A DNA stretch of 64,000 nt from Alphaproteobacteria bacterium (lineage in GTDB: Bacteria > Pseudomonadota > Alphaproteobacteria > JAPOUT01 > G958296285), in contig OZ242373.1 of the NCBI GenBank assembly GCA_965209065.1, forward strand, positions 646,202-710,201, in the 5' to 3' direction. The position numbers and the translations under genes are program-made. Of the stretch, positions 1 to 11,200 are shown in pieces. Positions within the stretch are counted from its first letter, which is position 1, and every line of letters starts with the position of its first letter. Below the pieces are notes generated by a model, which was given only the letters and a program-made list of their open reading frames with translations, made no database searches and had not been told where the DNA came from.

Positions 1-1180
1 TCCTCTGCCCCAAGCAAACGTGAGGTCCCGTGCCAAAAGCCAAGTGCTTGTCCGTATTATTGCGGTGAATATCCATCGTGTCGGGATTGTGGAAAACATC
101 AGGGTCGCGGTTGGCAGCGCCATACCACATCACCAGCTTTTCGCCCTTCCCAATGCCTTGCCCCGAAAATTCAGCATCTTCCAAAGCCGTGCGGCGCATA
201 TACATCACCGGCGAAATTAAACGCAGAGCCTCTGGCACCATTTTATCAACGAGGCTCGGGTCATCGAGCAGCATTTGCTTCTGCTCGGGGAACTCGGTCA
301 ATAGCTTCATCGTGCCAGAAAGAGAGTTGCGTGTCGTATCATTGCCGGCGAAAATAATCAATAACCACGAGCCATGCAGATAGCTTTCTTGCATTGGCTC
401 GCCATCTAGCTGCGCGTTGGCGATAACCGTCAGCAAATCATCACGCGGATTCTTCCGCCTATTAAGCAGAACCTTCTCTCCATAGTTAAACATTTGCCGA
501 ATGTTCCACAAAAATTTTAAGAAAAATAATTTATTCACTTTATTATCAGGGTCGGCAATAATATAAGCCGCCAACTCTAGATAGTGCATCCAGCGAATGA
601 TAGCCGGTCTATCCTTTTTATCAATGCCCAAAATTTCGCAAACCGTGAAAAGCGGCAGCCATTGCGAAAAATGCTCAACAAGATTGCAACGCCCATCTCC
701 TTTTTTGGCGGCAGCCTCAAGGTTGTCTAGCAACCTATCCACTTCCTTTTCTACCTTAAAGCTAAGCTGCTTTACAAAATCAGGCGTGAAAAATGGACGA
801 TGCTCCATGCGCAACGGAATGTGATAGGGCTGGTCTAAATTTATCATGCTATCCAAAGCCGCCCAGCGTAACTTCTTAGGTCCTTCGCTTGGGTGCGCCA
901 TAATTATGCCTCCCTTTTGCGAAGAAAATTGCTGCGCGTTCAAATCGCATTTCTGAACGTCCTCATATTTCGTTAAAGACCAATAACCCGTGATGCTCTC
1001 TTGCTCCCACCACGAAACCGGCGCGACCTCACGTAATTTTTGAAAATAGCTGTAAGGCTGCCCCTTCGTGAAGGCTGACAAATCGCTTAGGTTAAAGCCT
1101 TCGGGCTGTTTGTAAATAGGAGCGTAAGTAGGTTTATAGCCAGGTTGCTCCGGATTTTTGATTTCCGATAAAGCTTTCAT
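1..1180 (-). CDS. Cytochrome P450 monooxygenase (partial; C-terminus runs off the window start)
   Basis: Minus-strand ORF with ATG at 1178-1180 and a GAGGTGG Shine-Dalgarno just upstream; it is open to position 1. My translation shows the I-helix motif AGNDTT and the heme-binding loop FGTGPHVCLG near the window edge. It is absent from the ORF track because the ORF is truncated by the edge. Confidence 0.8.
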   Translation of the reverse strand, partial: MKALSEIKNPEQPGYKPTYAPIYKQPEGFNLSDLSAFTKGQPYSYFQKLREVAPVSWWEQESITGYWSLTKYEDVQKCDLNAQQFSSQKGGIIMAHPSEGPKKLRWAALDSMINLDQPYHIPLRMEHRPFFTPDFVKQLSFKVEKEVDRLLDNLEAAAKKGDGRCNLVEHFSQWLPLFTVCEILGIDKKDRPAIIRWMHYLELAAYIIADPDNKVNKLFFLKFLWNIRQMFNYGEKVLLNRRKNPRDDLLTVIANAQLDGEPMQESYLHGSWLLIIFAGNDTTRNSLSGTMKLLTEFPEQKQMLLDDPSLVDKMVPEALRLISPVMYMRRTALEDAEFSGQGIGKGEKLVMWYGAANRDPDVFHNPDTMDIHRNNTDKHLAFGTGPHVCLGQR

Positions 1181-1229
1181 AGTTCCACCTCATTCTTTAG
1201 CTTATCAAATACTTATAGCATATTTTCCC

Positions 1230-3470
1230 CTATTGCGACACCTCATATTCCTCGATGCAAAAGAGCGTATGAAAGCCGAAACTCACATCTGTGCATTCGT
1301 GGGTCTTCAATTTTACTTTTTTATTGCGCTTTAAGATAATGTGATGACCCGGTTTTTTAGCAATTTTTGTCGCGGTTTTGAGGTGCGCGGAATTTGTCGA
1401 TTGCCCCCCAGCCACTTGTGGTGTAGCCATTTGTGACGTAACCACTTGTGGCGTAACCACTCGTGGTTGTTCGGGATTTCCTTCTGGTTCTTGAGTGATA
1501 GGTGATTGCGCAGGCGCTGCGCGTCCATCATCTGCCTCATCATCTATAGGAAGGTTATTAGCAGGAACAGCAAATTGAACATCATCAAGAGTTTCTATAG
1601 GTTGCCCAGGAAGTTTCTGGGGAAAAAACAAATTAAGCGAGGTCGCCCATTGATAGGTTGGCGGCATAAAATTTTCAGGCGTAAAAAGAATCCCCGTGAG
1701 CGTGATGTTATTTCCCGTAAGTCGCACCGACCTATCGGATAAAACTTCATAAACATCAGAAAATATTGTTAGGTCTCCTGATTTAGCGTTAATATCACTA
1801 AACAAGCTAATTTTATTAGTGGCAGTTAAACTAATATCTCTGTGCCGAGACGTAGCTTCTTGAGTGCTTTGAATAATTAATTCTCTTGCTTGCACATAAT
1901 TGCAAAGCTCTATGCTAGGCGCGTCTAGCTTAATGTTAGCCGTGCTAAACAAATTAACCAAAACCCTTAACGAAGACTCTGCCTCGATGCTAACATCATA
2001 ATTTAAGTTTATTGCTCTTGTGCTGTTAAATTCAATCTTGTTTCCTTTGATAGTTGTTTTTTGTTTCTCGGTGAAATGAATACTTCCGGTTGCCGTCTGT
2101 ATAAGAAAAATCACTTCCTTAGAAGCAGTATCTATGTCGCCATGGATAAAGATGTAAGAATCGGAATATATATGAACATCTATATCTGCTACAAAAGAAT
2201 AAACGTTAGTATCCTCCGCTGATAATGAAAAAAATGTTCCTGCCGTTAGGGAATTTATGTTGAAAAAATTTATGGCATTTTTGCTCGCATGTTGAGTGGT
2301 GAGGGCGCTGCCTAAAAGATTTAAGTCTATCTCCGAATAAACATCTAAAGTGCCCGTGCCAATGTTCGTAAAAGATAAGTCAAAATATCCACTAGGATAA
2401 TTTCCCATAAACATAGGAAACACCCTTTTATCATCTAACGATTGCGCCGCTTTGTTTATCAACACATAAGCATCGGCGGCGTTGATGCTACCCGAAAACC
2501 ATAAAGCATCTGTAAAATTGAAATTGAGGAGCGCGCCGTCCGTTTTGCCCTTAAATTCAGCGCCGACTTCAATTAAAATTTGCTTGGCTGGTTTGCGCGC
2601 TGTTCCTATTGATAATTTCTGAGTTGTGATGTCAGCATCGCCTGTTATTTCTATGTAATCGCCCAAAATAGTGAGGTTGCCTTCGGCTGTTGCGCTCACC
2701 GAAATTTTTCCGCTCGCTTTATCAATCGTAATTTTAGTCGCACTTACCATACCACCGAGATTAACGACGCTTGCGCGTAAATCAGTCATATCGTGGGGCA
2801 AAATGTTGATGCGCCCCTTCTCTGCCGTTAAGGTGCCGCCATTGCTTATCAAGGCGTTTAGTTTTTTCTTGCTAACCTCTATGCTAATGCCGCTTTCGGT
2901 GAAGGTAAGCATAATCTTTTCTCCCGAATAGAGGTCTATATCGCTTTTTGCGCTAGTGATAGTGCCTTGGTTGTCAATACTTTTAGAGATAAAGATAGCT
3001 CTGCTTTGAGTTGTAATAGCGCCCCTATTGGTAATAAAACCCTCGCTCACCGAAATGCTAAGGCGACCTAACCCCTGCGAAGTTTCATCGATGCGTCCCG
3101 CGATGGCTATCAGCGCGCCAACATTCACAACAGCGTTCGCTCCCAAATGCAGCCCCGCGGCGTTTTCTAATATAACCATACTATCGGCATTTAACGTGCC
3201 TCTAATCTGCGTGGCAGACTGGCTGCCAATTCTAGCAATATAACGACCCCCGCTCGGCTGAACAATGCGAACCGTTTCACCTGCATCTATATTGAAGCTA
3301 TCCCAAAACCCCACACCAACCTGCTGGCTTTGAGTAATGGTTAGCGTTTTATCATTCCTTGCCACTTGAGCTGAGCCCGCTAAGCTGCTTTCAACCGGCA
3401 AAGCAAATGCCTGCTCGCACAAAATGAAAGCAAAAATGAATACTAAAGTATTGTATTGTTTTTTTAACAT
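1230..3470 (-). CDS. TPS-domain (haemagglutination activity domain) secreted exoprotein, 746 aa, with Pro-rich linker and short C-terminal module
   Basis: N-terminal signal peptide MLKKQYNTLVFIFAFILCEQAFA. A TPS domain follows (WDSFNIDAGETVRIVQP...IRGTLNADSMVILENAAGLHLGANAVVNVGALIA). The middle is beta-helix-like with G/T/S/N-rich repeats. A Pro/Gln-rich linker (TPQVV pentapeptide repeats) precedes about 55 C-terminal residues. Confidence 0.75.
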   Translation of the reverse strand: MLKKQYNTLVFIFAFILCEQAFALPVESSLAGSAQVARNDKTLTITQSQQVGVGFWDSFNIDAGETVRIVQPSGGRYIARIGSQSATQIRGTLNADSMVILENAAGLHLGANAVVNVGALIAIAGRIDETSQGLGRLSISVSEGFITNRGAITTQSRAIFISKSIDNQGTITSAKSDIDLYSGEKIMLTFTESGISIEVSKKKLNALISNGGTLTAEKGRINILPHDMTDLRASVVNLGGMVSATKITIDKASGKISVSATAEGNLTILGDYIEITGDADITTQKLSIGTARKPAKQILIEVGAEFKGKTDGALLNFNFTDALWFSGSINAADAYVLINKAAQSLDDKRVFPMFMGNYPSGYFDLSFTNIGTGTLDVYSEIDLNLLGSALTTQHASKNAINFFNINSLTAGTFFSLSAEDTNVYSFVADIDVHIYSDSYIFIHGDIDTASKEVIFLIQTATGSIHFTEKQKTTIKGNKIEFNSTRAINLNYDVSIEAESSLRVLVNLFSTANIKLDAPSIELCNYVQARELIIQSTQEATSRHRDISLTATNKISLFSDINAKSGDLTIFSDVYEVLSDRSVRLTGNNITLTGILFTPENFMPPTYQWATSLNLFFPQKLPGQPIETLDDVQFAVPANNLPIDDEADDGRAAPAQSPITQEPEGNPEQPRVVTPQVVTSQMATPQVAGGQSTNSAHLKTATKIAKKPGHHIILKRNKKVKLKTHECTDVSFGFHTLFCIEEYEVSQ

Positions 3471-3502
3471 ATTTTACTCCTCTAAGAACAAGGAGTATAG
3501 AG

Positions 3503-3526
3503 TTGAATAAGAAAGGGCTTATTCAA
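3503..3526. promoter_or_regulatory. Perfect 9-bp inverted repeat TTGAATAAG-n6-CTTATTCAA between the symporter 3' end and the TPS gene start
   Basis: Read directly from the sequence. It lies 33-56 nt upstream of the ATG of the 746-aa TPS gene (start 3470). There is no clear U-tract, so it is more likely an operator/regulatory palindrome than an intrinsic terminator. Confidence 0.3.
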
Positions 3527-3550
3527 CCATGCTAAAATAAGTTGTGAGCT

Positions 3551-5017
3551 TTAGGTTGTTTGCCTGACAAGTTTTTGTGAGTAAAACAATCGCCCCGAGC
3601 TCCACGTGCGCCACGCACCCCACACCAGAAATGCCGCGCCCACGCCCGCAACGCCATCGTTAAACATATTGACCGGTAAGCCTAATTGATTCCAAATGAT
3701 AACTGCGGATAATCCTGCTGCCATCATCGTGAGGGCGACATTTTGTTTTAATTCTTGACGCAGGCTCAACAACAAAAGCAAGGGAGCAAAAGCCGAACCC
3801 ATACCTGCCCACGCAAATTGCGTTAAACGAAAAACACTTTGTCCGCCGAAGACTATCGCATAGCCGGCAACCGCAAGCGCAAAAACTGTAATGCCTAACG
3901 TAGCAATCTGCATTTCTTTCTTTGTCTCAAATTTTCGCGGTAGAATATCGTGCGTCAAAGCGGACGAGCAACTCAAGAGCAAAGAATCGGCGGTGGACAT
4001 AATCGCCGCGAATATACCGGCGAGCATAACGCCGACCATAAACTCGGGCAATAATTTCGCCGCCATCGTAGGCAAAACCAGCTCCGCGTCCATAGTGCCT
4101 ATCTCAGGCAAATGGACGCGCGTCATCAACCCGACAACCATCGCAAATATAGCAAACAAAATATAAATGCCATAATACCAAACGCGCACCCTAACCAGCT
4201 GATTGCTATTCTCCATCGTCATAAAGCGCACCATAATGTGAGGCTGCCCGGCGGCGCAAAAACCCGAAACAATCCAACCAAAAACAAACAGGGGCGCGCC
4301 AACAAAAGAAAGAAAACTATCTTTTAAGGGCAGCGTGTCGTAGGGGAAGAGGTCTAAGAAATCGCCTTGCGCGGCAAGCGCTTGATAACTTGCGTCAATC
4401 CCCCCTGCCGCCGAGATAGCCGCAATGGATAAAACCGCCATCGATACCAACATCACTAAGGTTTGCGCCACATCCGTCCAAAGCGAAGCGCGAATGCCGC
4501 CCGACACACAATAGACCGCAACCATAATCGCTACGAGCGAAGCGCCCCAAATAGATGGCAGGTCAAACAAGGCTTCGAGCGATTTTCCCCCCGCATTAAA
4601 TTGCGCGGCGGCATAGATGCTCAAAAACATAAGAGAGGTGAGCGCAATCGCGAGGCGCACTACCTGCCAGTTGCCCTTGCCCCAGTTCGCAATCGCTTGC
4701 GCGAAAGTTAGCGAGCCTTGCTCCTCCGTAATCTTCCTCAGCTTGCGATGGACGAAAAGCGAAGTCGCGAAATCACCGACAATCCACCCGAAAAGCAACC
4801 ACGCCACCTCTAACCCAACCATATAGGTGTAGCCCATAAAAGCGACAAACATATAGCCGCTGTTATTCGTGCTCATCGCAGACAAGCCGACAAAAACCGG
4901 CGACACCGAGCGCGACGCAAGATAATAATCACTTGCGGTGCTCTTGCTCTTTAAGGTCGAGCTCACGCCAATCAGAAAGAACAGCGCCAAAAAAAGAATA
5001 AACGAGGCTAATATCAT
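3551..5017 (-). CDS. Sodium:solute symporter family transporter (PutP/PanF-like)
   Basis: 488 aa, about 13 hydrophobic segments, and an SSS-family signature region (GGIRASLWTDVAQ). Confidence 0.7.
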   Translation of the reverse strand: MILASFILFLALFFLIGVSSTLKSKSTASDYYLASRSVSPVFVGLSAMSTNNSGYMFVAFMGYTYMVGLEVAWLLFGWIVGDFATSLFVHRKLRKITEEQGSLTFAQAIANWGKGNWQVVRLAIALTSLMFLSIYAAAQFNAGGKSLEALFDLPSIWGASLVAIMVAVYCVSGGIRASLWTDVAQTLVMLVSMAVLSIAAISAAGGIDASYQALAAQGDFLDLFPYDTLPLKDSFLSFVGAPLFVFGWIVSGFCAAGQPHIMVRFMTMENSNQLVRVRVWYYGIYILFAIFAMVVGLMTRVHLPEIGTMDAELVLPTMAAKLLPEFMVGVMLAGIFAAIMSTADSLLLSCSSALTHDILPRKFETKKEMQIATLGITVFALAVAGYAIVFGGQSVFRLTQFAWAGMGSAFAPLLLLLSLRQELKQNVALTMMAAGLSAVIIWNQLGLPVNMFNDGVAGVGAAFLVWGAWRTWSSGRLFYSQKLVRQTT

Positions 5018-5058
5018 CTAAAACTCTAAAAAATTGATAATGCTAACCTAGCAAATTC

Positions 5059-5067
5059 TGCTATAAT
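5059..5067 (+). promoter_or_regulatory. Candidate extended -10 element (TGcTATAAT) for hspQ
   Basis: TGCTATAAT lies about 42 nt upstream of the hspQ ATG at 5109. There is a TTGATA hexamer upstream, but its spacing is poor. Confidence 0.3.
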
Positions 5068-5108
5068 TGGGTATGGTAATTTCGACTCAAATAATAGAGG
5101 GGTAGAAT

Positions 5109-5480
5109 ATGGATAAAATAGATAAAGAAGAAGAGTGCGATCCTAACATTGAAGGGCTCAGGCGGCGCGCCAAATTTTCGATTGGTCAGGTGGTTCGGCA
5201 CAGATTTTTTCCTTTCCGCGGCGTCATTTTTGATGTCGACCCCGTGTTCAATAATACTGAGGAGTGGTGGCTTTCTATTCCGCCGCAGATTCGCCCGAAA
5301 AAAGACCAGCCCTTCTATCATCTGCTCGCTGAGAACGATGATAACTCTTATGTCGCTTATGTTTCGGAGCAGAACCTCCTTGTCGATGACAGCGGACAGC
5401 CGGTAGATCACCCCAAAGTGCACGAGCTCTTCTTGCAAAATGAGGGCGATTATAAATTGCGCGGTGAAAACATTCATTAA
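5109..5480 (+). CDS. hspQ: Heat shock protein HspQ (YccV-like hemimethylated DNA-binding domain)
   Basis: 123 aa. FSIGQVVRHRFFPFRGVIFDVDPVF is the conserved HspQ/YccV core. Confidence 0.8.
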   Translation: MDKIDKEEECDPNIEGLRRRAKFSIGQVVRHRFFPFRGVIFDVDPVFNNTEEWWLSIPPQIRPKKDQPFYHLLAENDDNSYVAYVSEQNLLVDDSGQPVDHPKVHELFLQNEGDYKLRGENIH

Positions 5481-7173
5481 ATCGCTTTTTGTAGCTTTCC
5501 TTTTTCTTTTTTCTCATAACGATGGCTTTGCCTCGAGCGTGCGTCATTCAATCGCGATGTTTGGCGAGCCGCGTTATCGCGCGGAATTTTCTCACTTTGA
5601 TTATGTGAATCCCCACGCGCCGCGCGGCGGCGTGTTGAAGTTTTCGCAGCTTGGCACTTTTGACAGCCTCAACCCTTTAGCGCCGATTGGTGTTTCGGCT
5701 TTTGGTGTGCGTGAGCTTGTGTATGAAAGTTTGATGACGCGCTCGCTTGACGAGCCTTTTACGCTTTACGGCTTGTTAGCGGAAAAGGTTCAAGTTGCGG
5801 CGGATAGGAAGTCGGTTATTTGGTGGCTTCATCCTCGTGCGACATTTGCTGATGGCTCGCCGCTGCGTGTGGAGGATATTATTTTCTCCGCCGAAACTTT
5901 GCGCGAGCTTGGCAGACCCAATCATCGCTTTTACTATCGCCATATTGTGCGAATGGAGAAAATAGAAAAGCGAGCTATTCGTTTTACTTTTGACGAAAGC
6001 TCTAACTGGGAGATGCCTCTTATCATTGGGCTGATGCCGATTATTTCTAAAAAGCATTGGACGCGCCATCGTTTTGGCAAGGAGCGCGCGCGGACGCCCT
6101 TGGGTTCGGGTCCCTATCGCGTTGGCGAGATTGAGTTCGGCAAAAGGATAGTTTATACGCGCGATAAAAATTATTGGGGCAAGGATTTGGCGGTCAATCG
6201 CGGGCGTTATAATTTCAACCGCATTGAAATTGATTATTACCGCGACAATAGCGCGCGTTTTGAGGCTTTCAAGGCGGGTGCGTTTGATTTTTTTGAAGAG
6301 ACTTCGCCCACCCGCTGGGCGAAGGGCTATCAGTTTTCGCGGCTCAAACGCGGCGAGGTCGTCAAGAGGCAGTTCAGCTTAAAAACGCCTGCGCCAATGT
6401 GGGCGATTGCTTTCAATACGAGGCGGGCTTTATTTAAGAATAACGATGTGCGTCAAGCGCTCGCGCTTACTTTTGATGGCGCGTGGATAAATAAGAATTT
6501 GTTTTTCAGTTTGTGGCAACGCTCTTATAGTTTTTGGGGGCGGTCTAGTCTTGCGGGCAATTCACCAAAAGCAAGCGAGGCGAGCTTGCGCGAGCGCAAG
6601 CGCAAAGCCTTCGCTCTTTTCCAAAAAGCCGGTTGGCAAATTAAAAATAATAAATTAACGCAAATGAATGGCGAAGTTTTTACCTTCACGATTTTAGTCA
6701 AGACCCGCTTAAATGAACGGCTTGCGCTTGTTTGGGGTCGTCAGCTAAAGTCTTTTGGTATTCAGGCAGACATTCGCTTTATTGATGACAGCCAGTTCGA
6801 GCGGCGCAAGCAGAATTATGATTATGATGTTATTTTCGCGCACTGGTTTATGTCGCTGTCGCCGGGCAACGAGCAGGCTTACTACTGGAGCAGCGAGGCG
6901 GCGCGAACCAAAGGCAGCAGAAATTATGCGGGCGTGCGCTCTAGCGAGATTGACGGGCTTGTGAAGCAAATCAGCGATGCTAGAACGCGCGATGGGCTTG
7001 AACGCGCGGTCAAGCGGCTTGATAGGCTTTTGCTTCAGGGGCATTATGTCATTCCGCTATTTTTTGCCGAAAAGCAGTGGCTCGTGATGGATAAGAGGCT
7101 TAAAACGCCGCGCAAAGATAACTTTTACGGATACCGAATTGACACTTTATGGGATAGCGATAAAGCGAATTAA
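5440..7173 (+). CDS. Periplasmic substrate-binding protein, family 5 (YejA-like peptide/microcin C ABC transporter SBP), orphan
   Basis: 577 aa with an N-terminal signal peptide. [24 protein letters not shown] closely matches the E. coli YejA N-terminal region. The annotated start overlaps hspQ by 41 nt. No permease or ATPase genes are adjacent. Confidence 0.75.
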   Translation: MRAIINCAVKTFIKSLFVAFLFLFSHNDGFASSVRHSIAMFGEPRYRAEFSHFDYVNPHAPRGGVLKFSQLGTFDSLNPLAPIGVSAFGVRELVYESLMTRSLDEPFTLYGLLAEKVQVAADRKSVIWWLHPRATFADGSPLRVEDIIFSAETLRELGRPNHRFYYRHIVRMEKIEKRAIRFTFDESSNWEMPLIIGLMPIISKKHWTRHRFGKERARTPLGSGPYRVGEIEFGKRIVYTRDKNYWGKDLAVNRGRYNFNRIEIDYYRDNSARFEAFKAGAFDFFEETSPTRWAKGYQFSRLKRGEVVKRQFSLKTPAPMWAIAFNTRRALFKNNDVRQALALTFDGAWINKNLFFSLWQRSYSFWGRSSLAGNSPKASEASLRERKRKAFALFQKAGWQIKNNKLTQMNGEVFTFTILVKTRLNERLALVWGRQLKSFGIQADIRFIDDSQFERRKQNYDYDVIFAHWFMSLSPGNEQAYYWSSEAARTKGSRNYAGVRSSEIDGLVKQISDARTRDGLERAVKRLDRLLLQGHYVIPLFFAEKQWLVMDKRLKTPRKDNFYGYRIDTLWDSDKAN

Positions 7174-8261
7174 TTCTTGCCCCAGTTCTTTATAGCATCG
7201 GGGTCAAATTCGGTTGGCGGAGGTCCTTGCACTTTAGAAGGCGTGCCGAAAAAACGCGGCGCGATGTTCGGTTGAACGACTCCTTCCATTTCGATAAAGG
7301 TTTCGCGCGCTTTATTATGCGGGTGGTGAGGCGCTTCGTCCAAAGAAAGAACCGGCGCGAAACAAACATCTGTGCCTTCCATTAACGCGCACCACTCATC
7401 GCGCGTTTTGGTGCGCACCATCGCAACGACCTTCTCTTTGAGCGCGCTCCAGTTTTTTCTATCCATTTGCTTATCAAAAGCCGCGTCGTCGGCAAGCCCT
7501 AGCTTTTCTCTCATCAGCGCATAGAACTGCGGCTCTATGGAGCCTAAAGCGATATATTTATCATCGGCGGTTTTGTAAGTGTCGTAAAAATGAGCCGCGC
7601 CGTCAAGCAGATTAACCCCGCGCTCATCTTGCCAGATGCCCGAAGCGCGCATACCATAAAACATCGCGATAAGCGAAGCCGAGCCGTCTGTCATTGCCGT
7701 ATCAACCACCTGCCCTTTGCCCGAACGCTCTGCTTGAAACAGCGCGGCGCACACACCCATCGCGAGATATAAAGCACCGCCGCCGAAATCACCCGCAACA
7801 TTGAGCGGCGGCACGGGGTTCTCCCCTTTGCGCCCAACCGCATGCAGCAAGCCGGTTAAAGCAATATAGTTAATATCATGCCCGGCGGCTTGCGCGAGGC
7901 TGCCCTTTTGTCCCCAGCCGGTCATTCTGCCATAAACCAGTTTTGGATTGCGCTCCAAGCAAACATCAGGACCCAAGCCGAGCCGCTCCATAACGCCAGG
8001 TCTAAACCCTTCGAGGAGAATGTCGGCACGCGTAATCAGCTCGAGCGTTTGCGCGATGTCCTCTTCGCTTTTGAGGTCAAGGGCAACCGCTTTGCGTCCG
8101 CGCGCGGTAATATCGTTCGCGCCGTTCGAGGGCGGCGCGCCCTTGCGCACAAGACGCAAAACATCTGCGCCCATATCTGATAATAACATCGTGCAGAAAG
8201 GTCCCGGTCCTATGCCCGCGAATTCTAATACTTTAACGCCTGCTAGCGGTCCCGTTCCCAT
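7170..8261 (-). CDS. Family III CoA-transferase (CaiB/BaiF family)
   Basis: 363 aa. The N-terminus [31 protein letters not shown] is the CaiB/BaiF signature. Confidence 0.8.
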   Translation of the reverse strand: MGTGPLAGVKVLEFAGIGPGPFCTMLLSDMGADVLRLVRKGAPPSNGANDITARGRKAVALDLKSEEDIAQTLELITRADILLEGFRPGVMERLGLGPDVCLERNPKLVYGRMTGWGQKGSLAQAAGHDINYIALTGLLHAVGRKGENPVPPLNVAGDFGGGALYLAMGVCAALFQAERSGKGQVVDTAMTDGSASLIAMFYGMRASGIWQDERGVNLLDGAAHFYDTYKTADDKYIALGSIEPQFYALMREKLGLADDAAFDKQMDRKNWSALKEKVVAMVRTKTRDEWCALMEGTDVCFAPVLSLDEAPHHPHNKARETFIEMEGVVQPNIAPRFFGTPSKVQGPPPTEFDPDAIKNWGKN

Positions 8262-11200
8262 GTTCTTCCCTCTTTAGTTTTCCTAGCTCTTGAAGTATAT
8301 TTAACCCGATTTGGAGCTTCTCGTCAAGTTTTTGCTCCTCTAGTTTAATCAGCAAGCGGTGGTCGCTCATAAGGCGCGCGGTGCCTAAACTTTCTATCAG
8401 CGCAACAAGCCCTTTGAGGTTATCAAATTTATTTTTATGAAAACGCAAGCCGAGCTGCTTGCCTAAATCAAGCTCCTCAACGCCCGCGCTTTTGGCAGCA
8501 ACCTTCAGCCGCAGCGTCCAAAACAGCGCGGTGAGCTGCTTGGGAATAGAGCCAAACCTATCTTCAATTTCAGCTTGAAGCTCTATGAGCTCCTCGTCTT
8601 TATCCAGCTGGGCGATGCGGCGATAGAGCGTCAAGCGCACTTGCATATCGGGGATATAGCTTTCGGGTATCATAATCGCCACCGGCAGATGAATGCGCGG
8701 CGAAAAGCTCTCTTGTTTTTTGTCGAAGTTGCTTTGCCTCATCTCAACCGCCTCAGCGAGCATTCTCTGGTAAAGCTCATAGCCTATCTCCTTGATGTGC
8801 CCTGACTGGTCGCGCCCGAGCAGGTTGCCGGCACCGCGCGCGTCCAAATCCCGCGCGGCGAGAGAAAACCCCGCACCTAAAAACTGCGTGGCTTGTAGGG
8901 CGTGAAGTCTCTCTTCGGCTTGACGCGTTATCAGCAAATCGGGCGGGAGAGTAAAATAAGCATAGCCTTGCTTTTTGCCGCGCCCGATGCGCCCGCGCAG
9001 CTGGTGGAGCTGTGCGAGACCAAATTGATGCGCATGCCAAACCACGAGCGTATTGGCATTCGCAATATCTATGCCCGCCTCGACAATATGGGTGCTTAAT
9101 AAAACATCAGCCGCGCCATCATAAAAAATTCCTATCTGCTCCTCTAACTCTTGCGGCGCGAGCCTGCCGTGCGCCACCGCCACACGCAAGCCTGGCGTGT
9201 GAGTGAGCAAAAAGTTTTCTGCCTCCTCTAGATTCTTTATGCGCGGGCAAATGAAGAAACTTTGTCCGCCGCGTTTTTTTTCTCTTATCAAGGCTTGGCT
9301 GGTGGTCATCTGGTCAAAAGCACCGATAAAACTATGAACCGCCAGCCGCCCCAGCGGCGCATCGCCAATCAAAGACACCTCGCGCGCGCCCGATAAAGCA
9401 AGCTGCAACGTGCGCGGTATAGGCGTGGCGGTGAGCGTCAAAATATGAACATCATCGCGTATTTCTTTCAACCGCTCTTTATGCTGAACGCCAAAGTGTT
9501 GCTCTTCATCAACAATAACGAGTCCCAAATTATTAAACGCCATACTTTCGCTTAACAAAAAGTGCGTGCCGATAACAATATCCAGCGTCCCATCGGCGAG
9601 CGCTTGTCTTACCTCTTGCTTCTCTTTAACCGAAACCAACCGCGACAACTGCCCGACACGCAAAGGAAAATTCTCAAATCGTTTTCTAAAATTCTCATAA
9701 TGCTGACGACACAAGAGCGTTGTCGGCACAATAACCGCCACCTGCTTCCCCGACATAGCTTGAATAAAAGCCGTGCGCAAAGCAACTTCGGTCTTGCCGA
9801 AACCAACATCGCCACAAATCAGCCTATCCATTATTTTGCCCTTGCTTAAATCGGTCAAAACATCTTCAATCGCTTGAGCTTGGTCGGGGGTTTCCTCGAA
9901 GCCGAAGCCAGCGACAAACTCTTCGTAAAGCCCCGCTTGCGGTGTAAGCGGATTGCCAAGCGCGGTTTGCCGCTTCGCCGCAAGCGTGATGAGCTCGCCC
10001 GCCATTTCCCACAACCTTTTTTGGACGCGCTCTTTGCGCGTCTGCCACACCGAGCTGCCGAGCCTATCGAGCGCCACCTGCTCGCTGCCGCCGCCATAGC
10101 GCGAAATCAGGTCGGTGTTCTCCACAGGAACATAGAGCCTATCGCCGGCGGCATAATGAATCAGCAGGCAGTCGTGTTTTGCCCCCGCGACCTCTATCGG
10201 CGTGAGCGCAACAAAGCGACCGATGCCATGGTCGCGGTGCGTGATTAAATCGCCCGGCTGCAGAGCTTCGGCAAGTAGCAGCTCATCGCGCCGCTGTCGC
10301 CCCGAGCGGCTCAACCTGCGCCGCCGCCTTCGGCTACGCGTGCGCTTGCCTAAAATGTCCTCCTCGCAAAAAATGATGCTTTCGTCGGTTTCTATCCCGC
10401 GCTCTATGTCTAGGGGAATGAGCGACAAGGTTTTGCCCTTCTGTTGTCTTGCCTCGTCTAGCGTTCGTGCTTTTTGAAGCGTCCATTCCTCAAATAGACT
10501 TTCAATTCTCTCGCTTTGGACCGGCGTTGCCGCCGCGAGCCAAATCGGCTTGGTGCTTTTATCAATATAATGTTTCACCTCCTCCATAATTTTCTTATCC
10601 CCTGTAGCGCGCGCGGTAGAAAAATTATATGCTTCCCGATTAGAATAATTTTTCGCGTTCGGTGTCGTCTCAGCCTCAAAGGGAGATAGAGTTATGTTCG
10701 TGTGATTGCGCACGATGGATTGCAGTTTTTCATCGGTCAGGTAAAATCTATCGGGCGGAAGCGCTTTCTGCTTGCTATAAAGTCTGCCCTCATAGCATGT
10801 TTTAATCATTATCTCCCTGTCTTCCGCCAAAGACAAAATGCTCTCGTTATAAACAAGGATAGCCTCTTTAAGATAAGTAAAAATTGTTTCCAACCGCGGA
10901 TAAAACAACGGAAGATATTGCTCTACCCCTTTAACCGACCTGCCGGCGGTTATCGCCGCATAAAGCAAATCGCTTTCGGGCGCAAACCCAAATTCATCTA
11001 TGTAAGCCTGCTGGAATCGCTTTTGCGTTTTTGGATTGATAATCACTTCACTCGCAGGGTAAAGCCTAATGCTTTCGATTTTTTCCAAACTCATCTGGCT
11101 TTCGCTATCAAATAAGCGAAGACTTTCTATCTCATCGCCGAGAAAATCCAGCCGAACCGGATTCAAACTATTGGCGGGATAAACATCAATGATACCGCCG

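Noticed and set aside
20-824. Small plus-strand ORFs at 20-220, 78-383 and 597-824
   Set aside because: They are antisense to the well-supported cytochrome P450 reading frame.
1331-1543. 70-aa minus-strand ORF with HKWLRHKWLRHKWL repeats
   Set aside because: It is an alternate-frame reading of the 15-nt Pro/Gln-linker repeats within the 746-aa TPS gene. It is not an independent gene.
8575-11115. Plus-strand ORFs inside mfd (for example 9874-10248, 10702-11115)
   Set aside because: They are antisense to a full-length helicase with intact motifs.
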